Assembly: GCF_964204645.1 (NCBI RefSeq)
Contig: NC_134031.1
Coordinates: forward strand, 20,219,910 to 20,283,909
Direction of reading: 5' to 3'
Length of the DNA: 64,000 nt
Source: Tubulanus polymorphus
Lineage: Eukaryota; Animalia; Nemertea
Shown: positions 24,911-36,993 of the stretch, one piece after another
Layout of the letters: each line of letters begins with the position of its first letter
Position numbering within the stretch: position 1 is the stretch's first letter
Translations under genes and position numbers: made by a program
The notes under the pieces: model-generated
The model's database searches: none
Told to the model about the DNA's origin: nothing
Seen by the model: only the letters and a program-made list of their open reading frames with translations

Positions 24911-26568
24911 TACATCCTCTATTCAGCATCAGGACCACTCTGAATCAGCATCAGCAATTACTGGGTTCGAACCCGGGACATCCCGTACATCCTCTATTCA
25001 GCATCAGCACCACTCTGAATCAGTTATCAGTAATTACTTTTGTTAAGATAGCAATATTTTACCGTACGGTGCTGCCTCTATGCTCATCGTTAGCGGGATT
25101 TTCATACACTAACTAAAGTCAACTCTGGCAAGCTAAGGTCACGGAGTATAACTGGACAGCACGTCGATTGCCAGAGTTGACTTTAGTTAGTGTATGAAAA
25201 TCCCGCTAACGATGAGCATAGCGGCAGCACTGCACGGTCAGGACATCCCTGTACATCCTTTATTCATCATCAGGACAACTCTGAATCAGTATCAGTAATT
25301 ACTGGGTTTGAACCCGGGACACCCCTGTACATCCTCTATCCATCAGGACCACTCTGAATCACAGCATTTGATGGGTTTGAACCCGGGATACCCCTGTACA
25401 TCCTCTATTCAGCATCAGGACCACTCTGAATCAGCATCAGTAATTACTGGGTTCGAACCCGGGACATCCCCGTACATCCTCTATTCAGCATCAGTACCAC
25501 TCTGAATCAGTTATCAGTAATTACTTTTGTTAAGATATCAACATTTAACCGTACGGTGCTGCCTCTATGTTCATCGTTAGCGGGATTTTCATACACTAAC
25601 TTAAGTCAACTCTGGCAATCGACGTGCTGTCCAGTTATACTCCGAGACCTTAGCTTGCCAGAGTTGACTAAAGTTAGTGTATAAAAAACTCGCTAACGAT
25701 GAGCATAGAGGCAGCACCGTACGGTAAAATGTTGATATCTTAAAAGTAATTACTGAACCCTGTTTTATCTCGTGACTATCGTTTGAATTCCTCCATCACG
25801 TCCCACCAGTTGTCATGTTTTCAGCTTCGCGTACGATTGTAATTTTGTCGGTGATTTATTTCGTATTAATTCCCTTTTAAAAAGCTTCCCTTCTTCAAAA
25901 CGTATGTAAATTTGAAATGCATAAAAACAACACAGTTTATTTTACTATGACGGAAATAATTTTTATTTTTTCAATCTAAGCTAGTCAAAACGAGAAATGC
26001 CCGCCAATAGTCCATGCGACGATCGATTAACCCTCTTTGCAACATGATGCAATTGCAGATGGATTATGTTTAGCGCATTTGTGCCATCCAGATTTGTGGC
26101 AGCCCAAAACGTAGAAAGTTGTACCACTAAGTGTATTACCATGGGGATTTGGTCCATCAGAATCGCATCGACACGGGACTCCTCTTCTGAATCTCTCATG
26201 AACCAGTTCTGGAATATATAATTCACGTGAGAAATCACGCGGTTGCATTTGTAACTTTACGCAAACAATGATTTTTGACTTAAAAATATGTTGTCTTTGA
26301 TTAATCTACTTCTCGAATCCCGACGCATACGACGCGGGAAAACACGGAAAGACAGGAAGTTGAAACATGTTTCCGAGCTCCCTAGCTGTGCATTTATGAG
26401 AGAAACAAGGAAACAGGAAGTTAAAACATGTTTATCATTACCTTATGAGGAGAAACTGGGCTTCAAGAAGTAGATTAACCACCAAAGACAAATACGTACT
26501 TTTCACTGAGTGAAATATAATTTACAAGTCTAAGTGAAAACCAGTAATGTGGCACTATATGAAGGGAC

Positions 26569-26674
26569 TTAAGCCGGGCGTAGGTCGGCCTTGCGACTGC
26601 CAGACCTACGCCCCCACGTGTGACGCAACGCGAAGATCGCGTCGCGTCGCAAGGTCGACCTACGCCCGGCTTAA
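26569..26674. mobile_element. TTAA-flanked palindromic MITE
   Basis: ttaagccgggcgtaggtcggccttgcgac ... gtcgcaaggtcgacctacgcccggcttaa. Confidence 0.7.
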
Positions 26675-28512
26675 CTATAAGCGTTTCTTATTATGGAAAA
26701 TTACCTTTAAAACCGTCCTTTGCTGCCACTGAGGCAATGACTACTGCGACAATCAAAATAAACACCTGCAATGGAATGAATACGTATGTGACAATTACAG
26801 GAACCAAGTTCCATATTTTGAAAGTAAAGTTTGACGTGGTCGAGTTTCAACTGGTTCAGTAAACTGCAATCTTGTTGTTCTGTTTTACCTACCTTCATTT
26901 TGAATTCAGTTGAACGATTTTCGACGCTTGAAACTTGAATATCAGACGAGCTGAATTCTTCTGTTTATATAGTTGTTTCTAGTCATTTATAATTGAGAAA
27001 TAATCGTGACAAATCGGCTAATCCTTTCCTAATTTGGCAGATACTAATAAATTACCTGATCAACGCAAGTGTTCGCCTGGTACCAGCTGAGGACAGAAAG
27101 GATTATCGACTTTTGATAAATGATATTTTTCGAGTAATTTTGGGGAGGTTTTTGGAGATTCGATCGAAAGAGGACCACATTTTATGCGAAGTTGTCGACT
27201 ATCGATAAGCAATGTTATTGATCTTTTTCATTGAATGTATTGCACTCCGTTATTCCATTGACGTGAAAACTTGATTATACGTCTATGGTTATTCTGAAAC
27301 GAATCGCTCAATTATGTTAGCTGGTCCGTACACCACTGAATCCCATGGAGGTTGAGGATGTTGGATCGTAACACTGTTATAGTGACATAAATCAAATATC
27401 TGACATCAGTGGCAATGTAACCGAAATGTATTCCGCCGAAATTCGTATCCATTTACTGTCGTTTATCTAGAGATACCGACTTTTTCTAAGATTCAGCAAT
27501 TCAGTAGAATCTTTGGTTCATGAAGTAATGATCAAAATCAAACGTTGCGTTCCTCAACTACGTATATTGATGATTCCCCAAGGAGGGCCTTATCGGAGCA
27601 CGCGCACTAACCACTCGCTCAATACTAAACAATCTGATCCGACGTGCCAGGCAGGCACAGGCCCATTTGACATCCGTGTGAACAGTTGTTCCGTGCTGTC
27701 CAGTTATACTCCGTGGAATGCGTAACGACCGAACTATTAGCGCGTTCGGTTATTAATTCCGACCACTAGTCGACTAGTTACGGAAACCGAAGTTTACCGT
27801 GGTAAACGAGCGGAGTATGGGTTTCTGTCGCGTCTTAGGGGGTAACTTCATTAGGGTATATCGTGATTTGATGGAATATACCTGCACATATTCATAGGGA
27901 AGATCGCCGTTTCGCCCTTTTAATTGCATTATAAGCGTTTATGGAATTGCTTTGACACAAATTTCGAGAATAGTTTTGAAAAAGAATACAAATTCCATTG
28001 TTGTTATCCGTTGGCGACAGATTTTCGTTATATCCTAAACGCCTCTAAATAAGGTAAATTGTAAATGTGGCAATAATCAGAGGATAACCATATATTCAAA
28101 GGGATTAGTATAATAGAGGAGAGGAGCTCTGAAAAAAGGAAAGCCGACAAGAATCGGAGATTATTCCTATAATTTCATGGAAGACCCATTTGTATCAAAT
28201 AGATCTGCACGAATAAATTCATATACGATAAATGATTATCCGACACGTTGTTGTAATGATTAGAATTAATACCTTGGTGCGACAGTGTAATCTTGATTCA
28301 TTTGGCAAACGGGATGAATGTTCATAACATTAATGTATATTTTAACGTTGCATGCAAATGTATTGTAAAACTCGATTTATATGTGAATTTTGTGAGAATC
28401 GTCATCGCCGTCAAAGACTCCCTAACACGCGGAGACTCGATATACGAGTCGGTGAGATGGAGATTGGGTTTGAGTTGTAAGATAACATGTACTTTGATTT
28501 AAACAACAACCA

Positions 28513-28699
28513 AAAATTCTGTAAACTCGACCGCCGATCACACGACTATATCTGTACTCCGATTTCCGATTTCAAAATCAAACCCCCTGTTTCGCTCCCG
28601 GCAAGTGTGGCGGGTCTGTAAGGGACACTCAATCAGAAAAATCAAACGAAATTTACCAGCCAAATAAATAACAGGGACAATCCCTTTTTTAAGATCAAA
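28513..28699 (+). repeat. Second, 5'-truncated copy of the 3' end of the 15741-17083 element; diverged third copy at ~58325-58415
   Basis: High identity to ~16893-17083, ending at the same taagatcaaa. Confidence 0.8.
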
Positions 28700-30273
28700 C
28701 ATCAGGGGCGGTGTCTCTTATCCAGTCAGATGTCTGTAAATATACCATGGTTCTGTTGATCGAGTTCTGTGTGTAGCGTTTCGCAAAAACTTCCATATCT
28801 CTTACAAAGCTCAATACTTATGGTCATCTTAGGTCGGATATTCTGGTTCTGTCCGTTTTCGATGATTATATCGGCAATTTCCGCAATTACTACGGTCGCA
28901 ACTGAGTTTGCCTGCCGTTCACTCACGGCGCTGATGTTGCCATGGAATTGTCTCTGTTACTGTTGATTTGCAATCTACTATCGTTTCTGTTCATTGGAAC
29001 GTCGTTCGCCTTTATCTTATACACATACAAAAAATCGTCGAAATCTACCGGAAACTCATTTGGATTAAACCCAAAACACTAAGGACCTAAATATTGCACA
29101 ATATCTTACTGAGAAATCCAGTCCTTTGCGGCATTTTCAGTCTAATATTCATCTTGAATGTGCCAGCCTTCATTTTGGACACATCATTCAGCATGAGTGG
29201 GATATCCATATCGACTATATGAGCTATTGCCTCATTATCGATTCAATGAAATGTCTATAGATCCATTGGAAGGTTTCTATAAACCAAAGTTGATGATCAT
29301 CATGTCAATGATTTGTCGATATTTTTTGTAAATCTGTTGATAAGTTTTGCAAGCTCCATACATCTCGACCAGATGGGTGTATAACGATATTGAGTTTATT
29401 GAAAAAATAAATTTTCTTTTATTAGGACAGGGAAATTATGTCTTAACTCCAAAATGTAAATTTAGTTTATTTAGGTTGTACTTTCACTTTCATATATCTT
29501 CAAGTGCAAGATAATCGCTCATAGAATTTTCCATGGCTTTCAAGTGTCGTGTTTCTGGGATCCGAGTCATCAGAGGTTTAATTTGATTTCAGCCAGTTTG
29601 CTATATGAAACTGCGGTTAACAACGATTATGACCCCCGGAATTGAAAGAACGACCATAAAAATCCTCTAACGTGAGGCAGCGGACTTGTTTTCCTGATAT
29701 AAATCTACCAGTAAAAAACCCAAGACGTTTTTAGGTCAACAAGTAGCGTCAACAAAATGTGGTATGTTTAGCCCAGCAATTACAACTACTGCAGGCGTAA
29801 TACACATACCCGAGTTATTCATTAATTCTATACTTGAAAAAAATATAAAGATAGAGAACTGGCATTGATTAAAGCCCGTATGTTCAAAACAGGAAAGCAG
29901 TGAGCAATGGGATTGGTAAGTGTATTGTTTAAGTAAATACAAACTGTATGGGAAGGTAAAATTCAATAGGACTTAAAAACAGACGTGCAAGCTCACGTGC
30001 CGGATGGGTTTTCCCATTGCGTAAAAACGGATCCCGCAGCGTATAAAGGGCGCCGACGCAGATGATCGAACCGTATCTGAAATGAAAGAAAGATGACTTG
30101 AATATTCGTCATGTAGTCGATCCAACGAAATGCATATTGACACCATACAGAACTTTGGAGCGCCAATAAACTCTACTCCCAAGCATTTCTACTAATCTTC
30201 GCTATATGTGTCTTGTAAAAATGAATGGATTTTGCCTTATTCACGGATAAACACGTTGTTTGTCTGATTGGAG

Positions 30274-33200
30274 ATGCTGCGATTGATCAAGTTGTCTTTC
30301 ATCTGGTCGACGATTTTGTTCAACTGTCAAGTAGTTCACGTGATTCAGTATGACGGTAAGCTGTGAACAAATTCATTTATTCTATTCATTATTTTATTCG
30401 TTCAATCTTATAGAAAATGCATATTGAACCTATACACAAATGTATAGCGGTATGCAAAATTTTCAATTATATAGATTCAATATCTTCTTAAAAAATCGCA
30501 CGTTATTACGGTACCTATGCACCGATGTTGTCACAAAATGACACGATTTTACTGATTGTCCTTAATCCACCCGTACAGCGAGCTCTTTGTGAAAGAAAGT
30601 ATGAGAAGTATGTGAAATTAAGAATTAAAGTATTCAAAATTCTTTTAATTTGTACACAGTGGGTTTTTATTTTATCATCCGTTCACCACGTTTGAGTGTG
30701 GTTATTGTACTACTATGTGAGAATGCCTGTACGAGAGACTCTTTTGATTTCAGCTCAAGGGGAAACGAACATTTTCACCGAGTATCTGCTCTACAACGTC
30801 CGTCAAGATCGCTATCTCAGGCGGTAAGCAAACGACAGAAATCCCACGACAATACGAGACTTTCGTTCGTAATGCATGAAGAAAGTATGAATTCTGAAGT
30901 CTTGTTGCTTACGAATATTTCTCGCTTCCAACTTGATTAAAACATATATCAAAAGTCCGCAATGCTAACGACATAATTACTTTGCAAGAAAGCGTCAGAA
31001 ATCTATTCAAAATTTGAAAGAAGACATTTTTTCGAAACATCAGGAAAACGGATTTCGCAGTAATTTTCCCTTCAATATTGTGGGTTTTTAAAACAGCATA
31101 AAGGCCAATAGTGTTTATATGCACATTGATACCTATAGTATATATGCGTCATGTGTTCTGTGTGAGTCATTGTGCACTACGTCATCGATAATGGCGTTTC
31201 AAAATAACAGTTACAGTGGCAGTGACAGTTATAGTGGCGTTTATTATGTAACCAAATGCATATTGTAACTCTTATTCTTTTTTTGATAAATTTTTTGAAT
31301 TATTTGTGTAACTCGTTAGCTCACTCGGTAGAACGTTTTACTGGTACTCCGGCGCTAGCGGGTTCGAACCCCTATTAACGTTTTACTATTCGAAATTTCT
31401 TAGTGTGGTGGGTTCGCGCATGCGCATTGGAGCGGTAGAAAAAATCGCTTTTTTGAGAGGAGCCAGTCAAAATTCAATCGCGGATATGTGTTATTTTTCA
31501 AGGCGTCAATGAACTATCAACTTAGTTTTCTATCAATGATCTATATTTCTTTATACATCAATGTTAAAGGACGCGGCTGTTTTTCAGACCGATGCAAGTG
31601 TGTTCGTCAGAAGGCAGCGAACAACCGGTGAAATGGACCGACCCGAAACCCTATCCCGGAAAATCAGCTCAGTTAAACACGCTCAAAAATGTAAATATCC
31701 AAGTTACAACTTTATATGTTACAAATGAAATTAGATATCTTGAAAATTTCCGAACTGTTTTTCCGATCGATTGATTGCATAATGCTTAAATGATTAAACC
31801 AAGAAAATAAATCAATCAATAATTCAGCCAATGTTTTTGTAAATTACAGTTGTTTGACTCAACCGGCGGCCCGGATTGGATGTTTCATGACAACTGGAAT
31901 AATGACACAGTCAACTTCTGCCTGTGGTACGGTATCGGCTGCAATGCAAACGGTGACGTCATTTCCGTTTCTTTGTCGAGGAATCGACTTAATGGTCATG
32001 TGCCTCGCTTGCACGATTTGTCCTCGTTAAAATACCTATGTTTTAACTACAATGCGAACTTAACCGGCAACATCGATGTTTATTTGGATCCGCAGAACAA
32101 AGCTTTTGAAAGACTGACTGCATCTTTTGCCAAAACATCGGGTCATATCGAATTCCTGGCCGGATATCCGAAGCTTCGCTTGGTGCAGCTATCCTCGAAC
32201 TGGGGAGTACGTGGCCGAATCGTTAAAGAATTTTGCGCTTTGAAGGATCTGCGTATTTTCAGTTTAGGAGAAACAAGTATCAGTGGCAGTATACCTGACT
32301 GTTTTGGTGAAAACATGCCTGTGCTTCGCTTTCTCGATTTGGAGTACTGCAAAAATCTACGAAGCCCGATACCGCGCGGGTTCTCTAATCTAACAGGCGT
32401 CAAATGGATGCATCTTTCGAAGGCGCAGCTCTACGGGAAGATCCCTGATGGATTCGGTTTGCAGTTGCAACAGAACGAAGAGTTGCACCTCGATTCAAAC
32501 GAACTTCGCGGTAATATCCCGGACAGTATAGGCGCGATGAAAAAGCTTAAATTTATCCGTTTAGGAGAAAATGATTTCACTGGAAATTTACCGTCGAATT
32601 TGGTCAATTTGAAAAACCTGAGGTATTTAGGCGTCGAACGAAATCACATAACGTTGTCAGCCGACCAAACGCCGTTCCGAAACCCAAAGCTATATTCAAT
32701 TGATCTATCGTATAACCCTCTGAATATCAGTTTCGAGCGATTCATGAAGATATTTCCCCCTACGGCTGGTTCGTTCACGCCGATAATCGAGGTTTCCAGA
32801 CTGGAATTCATTAAATGCAGAAGTTGTGGCTTAAACGGTAAACTATTTGAAGATTACAAGTATAGCTTGTTCATGTATAAGACAGCTGTCGTGATCGACT
32901 TTAGTTATAACCGTATAAAAGGCACACTACCAGGGTATAATCCAGAGATGAACTACCTTATAGAACTTTATTTGAGGATGAACGAGCTCGAAGGCGCGAT
33001 ACCCAGAAGTTTTAATGTGTTTTCGTCATTAAGCCTGCTCGATCTGACAGACAATCCGGCTATGTACTGGGATCCTGACAACCATATTCTCGAATTCTCG
33101 ACCGATTCAACTCGCAATATACAAGAGGAACATTTGGAATGTCCAGATGTCAGTCTGTCGTTGTTGAAATCGACACCAAGCAAGGTTAACGGGGCTCTAC

Positions 33201-34993
33201 TGATCGACCCGGGATATTACGGCTATGAAAATTGCACTTGCAACGAAGGATACTTCGGAAGTAAAGGCCTTTGTAAACCATGCTTAAATGGCGGTAATTG
33301 TTCGATGATAAATTCACCGAATAAAACAATAACCTACAAGGAAAACTGGTACCCGTCTTTAGTGAACGGTACGCTTTACGGATTTGTCGAATGTTTCGCC
33401 TCAAAGCCTATCTGTAACCCGTTCGGTAATTGCAGTTGCTATATGATCGACGACAGCGCTCCTGGTGATTACAAAATCTCCGGGCGTGTCGTCTGCGATC
33501 ACCGTTGCGTATGTAACCCCAATTATAATCTTTTCGATCGGAAATGTTCCCGATGTAAACGCGTCTCTGACAACGGTGACTCCGCTTACCCGAAGTTTTA
33601 CAAAGCCGGTGATATATGTCTTGCCTGCGACGCGAAAGAAAATTTGTTCGCCACAAAATGGCAGATAATCATATTTTCTCTAATATCGCTGACCATATTT
33701 GTCGTGTTGCCGATTTTGACCCGTTGTGTGCCGGTGCTTAGGCGTCGAATTGGCTCGATCAAAATCTGGTCGAAAATCATCACTATTGTCGCCGTGTTTT
33801 TGTTGGCTATTTTCAGAATGGTGTCGATTTGGGTGTTCCAGGTGACCGTGCTGTTCGTGATTCTTAACTCGATTAACGACAGTTACAGTTTGAACGGGCT
33901 TCTTAAACAATTGCTGTTTTTCGGTCAGATCACAAGCACCATCTTCGCGCAAATTCACCTTCCAGCTATCGATGCGATTGTTAAATTCATCTCCTACTAC
34001 GTCGAAGATCCCTTCAGTTTTCGATTTGAGAGTTTGAAATGTCAGTTCCCAATTCTGCGGAGTCCTTTAGCTAATCTAGTTATATCACTAGCAATACCGA
34101 TCGTAGCCGCTGTTCTGGCATTTCTAGCTATAGTTTTTCGGTACGCTTTTGAAAGAGTTCGTAATATAGTAGGCCGCTGCAGGGCAGTGGACGTCGCCCT
34201 GCGACCTATGCTGGGAGGCGAAAATGACAATCAAGAAGTCAGAAGTCATAAAATGCTTTTGTTTGTTTATCAATGCGTGGGTCTCGTGCTTTTCGTAATT
34301 GATTGCGCCTTCTACCCGATTTTCAAATCATCGTTTAGCATCTTGCTCCCGTGCGAGAGAGACCCAGACGGTACGATGTACATGCCCAGATTCCCATACC
34401 TGAGTTGCGGCTCAGACGATTGTCATTACTACACGGTTGTAGCCAGCACGGCGGTAGCTGTATTCGGTCTGGTGCTATCCATAGTCGTCATTGTCTGCCT
34501 GGTGTATTATGAATCGATGCGAGCTGACCTGGAGATCCACCCAGACAATGACGATGCATTGCGCAAGAAAGAGCTTTTCGATGCTTTGATCGGTAAATTG
34601 GCAGATCCGTTTCGACCACCACATAGCCGATATATGGCCTTTCTGTTTATGGTCCAAAAAGTTGTCCTGGCGGCTGTATTCTCATTTGTCTCCAGCGATT
34701 TATCAGTGTGTGTGTTTTTAGTTAGCGTCTTGTTTACCGTTTTACTTTTACATCAAGTTTATTTTCGCCCATTTCGCAAAGAATGTATTCCAGATTTCGA
34801 CATCGAGAACACGCTTTACTTCTTGTCGCTTTTCGTCCTGTTGATCTCGTCGATAACGGTCAAGGTGATTGCGTCATCAAACGGTGCTCACGTGATAGGC
34901 TACATCGTCTTTACAATGGCTTCTTTTCTCATCCTTGTTTATTTGCTTATTTCAGTTTTTCGCATTTTTTCGGGGATCTGTTCGAATAGATAA
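30274..34993 (+). CDS. Plant-type LRR, Cys-rich, multi-pass transmembrane receptor-like protein (~1132 aa). Exons 30274-30355, 30754-30823, 31588-31690, 31850-34993
   Basis: Signal-peptide-like N-terminus MLRLIKLSFIWSTILFNCQ. N-cap LKNLFDSTGGPDW...W...CLWYGIGC. Repeats of the LxxNxLxGxIPxxLxxL type (LDSNELRGNIPDSIGAMKKL). Cys-rich CTCNEGYFG...CKPC region and ~9-11 hydrophobic segments. Splice phases 1,2,0 are consistent. Confidence 0.88.
31310..31380 (+). pseudogene. tRNA-derived sequence (pseudo-tRNA / SINE head) in an intron of the LRR gene
   Basis: A box TAGCTCACTCGGTAGAAC and B box GGTTCGAACCC at tRNA spacing. Anticodon and acceptor stems do not pair. Confidence 0.55.
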
Positions 34994-35556
34994 TCATATC
35001 AAGAACAAGAGCTACATGGTGTATTATGCAAACACAGCAACTACGTATGTTAACGATGTCTGCGTCCAGTTTCACCAATCATATTCATCATTTTTCGTAT
35101 AGTTTCAGTAACATGTGAACGCATCAACAATAATAAGCTTGTAGGCTCTGTAAACGCATTGCCTACCTTCATTATTAATGGCAAATTGTGAAAGAATATG
35201 TAAAAATGTTTTAATAATCGAGTCGTTCGCTTGTTCAGTGCTTTTATGAAGAGTATTTGTTTTCTGTTGACTAATAATAATAAATCCTTACTTATCTTCA
35301 AAAAGACATACTGTTTGAAATATTTGATTTTTGGATTTGAGCATTCGTTTGTGGATCCAAAACGACGATGAAGGCATACGCAAAGGATGTAGGATTGTAA
35401 AACAACACAGGTAATATGCTGGCTGTTGAATAAAGCTCCCTCTGAAAATCGAGGTTACGATTCGTGCTGTAGAAGTCGTTTCTGTCGATTCTTGAACTTC
35501 CTGTAAAGTAATAAGATTCTAGTTGTGGCACGATGCGAGCTCTTCAAGAGATCACA

Positions 35557-35802
35557 ATACAGATTCTGAGCAGACACATCATTCTCTACTCGGCTTCTGA
35601 ACCAGTATCTGGTTGAGGGTTCGAACTGGGGATACCTATTATCGGGCCCCTGATCACACACTCGAACCAGTGACCGCCTCAGATACAGATTCTGAGCAGA
35701 CACATCATTCTCTACTCGGCTTCTGGACCAGTATCTGGTTGAGGGTTCGAACTGGGGATACCTATTATCGGCCCCTGATCACACACTCGAACCAGTGACC
35801 GC
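35557..35802. repeat. Tandem duplication of a ~126-bp unit containing a B-box-like GTTCGAAC
   Basis: atacagattctgagcagacacatc... at 35557 and 35683, near-identical. Confidence 0.85.
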
Positions 35803-36993
35803 TGGCTTCAAACCTGGGTCAACTTAGTAACCCAATCGTTGGTGGTAAGCTTTTAGTTTATATAATCGATGGGTTTGTAAATTTATTATACGAACCTATT
35901 TTCAACTCAATAAACTATGTAAACTACGAATCTAGGCCTTTCCTCTATGGAGCGATCGAAGTAATTATAATCGGCGGGCCGCATCACCAAATCCGTGTTT
36001 TACCTTTTCCTAAACTAAATCCCCGTTTTATACTTACCGAGTCCGGGTTTTGAGATATGTGAAATATCCGGTACGTTTAGCAGGAAACACAATTTAAAGT
36101 ATTTTTTATTGAATGTTTTAACGCGTTTTGTTTAACTATATTGCGTTTTAAAGCAGTTAACATACACAAACATGTAAGTCTGATCGGTTGATCGGTTCTT
36201 CGGAGTTGTCAACGTTAATTACATTCCTTAAGACGCTCACTCTTATTCAATTCAATTAAATATTTTATTGTTTGACTTGTCAAAAAACTCAAAATTTGAA
36301 AAATTCTAATCCAAATTCTGGGAGGTTTTTGGAAAATGAATAAGAAATGGTGGAAAAATCACGAACAAAAATCTCTGACAATAATGTATCTGTAATGTAA
36401 ACTTTATAAAAAGATGCTGGAAATCAAAATCTTTTTTTGAACATGAAGAACTATTCAACTTGAATAGAAAATCTCCAGACCAGTCCAGGGGGCGAACTTA
36501 ATGTAAACTAATTTACAACCGCATTTGGATTGAGCATGTTTGCTGTTGTGCGGACCTAGGTCTAGTTCCAAGAGGGCCGACACTGTGAGATACGTTATAA
36601 CCAAACTACAACTATTAGCTCTGACCTAAAAAAAAACGGGAATATTTTCAATTGATGACAGAATGCACCTATTGTCTAATAGGCCCATCCCTAATTCTAT
36701 GGACATCCATACTTAACATGAATGACAAGGAACTGGTATGATATTTTATATTCTTTCTATGAAAAGTTCCAGATTTCCTCTAGTTAGTTGCCTAATCGTT
36801 GGTGGTAAGCTTTTTACAATTGGATGGGCTTATACCAACCATATCGTGGTTTGTGAATATATCCGATCGTGAAACTAAACCACGGACAGGTTACTGACTA
36901 GATTTTCTCATGACCTGCGTTTAGTTGTTATTACAAGTCTGAAGCAGGTATTTTCTTTTCAATCATACGAATGATAGGAAAAGAGAGACAGAA

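Larger units (their letters stand above)
14696..25756. repeat. Composite satellite: 76-bp monomers plus 16 hairpin (fold-back) units; 490-bp higher-order repeat in the middle
   Basis: Monomer tctgaatcagtatcagtaattactgggtttgaacccgggacacccctgtacatcctctattcagcatcaggaccac (17841 to 17917 = 76 bp). The HOR period is visible at 18964/19454/19944, 21581/22071 and 23367/23857. Hairpin loops at ~15047, 15723 (split), 17574, 18182, 18788, 19278, 19768, 20258, 20644, 21405, 21895, 22385, 23071, 23681, 25132 and 25619. Confidence 0.97.

Noticed and set aside
14730-25505. Repeated 65-100-aa ORFs (MNPGHPC...SASVPL) as a peptide gene family
   Set aside because: Products of reading through 76-bp monomers; many start at TTG; no signal peptide, splice signals or coding bias.
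14696-25756. CRISPR-like array (regular repeats with palindromes)
   Set aside because: No unique spacers, all intervening DNA is itself repeated, no cas genes, and the context is spliceosomal-intron eukaryotic DNA.
28726-29400. Possible decayed coding sequence on the minus strand
   Set aside because: Short open stretches broken by stops with no motif I can recognise; needs BLASTX.
31310-31380. Functional tRNA gene
   Set aside because: A and B boxes are present, but the acceptor and anticodon stems do not pair.
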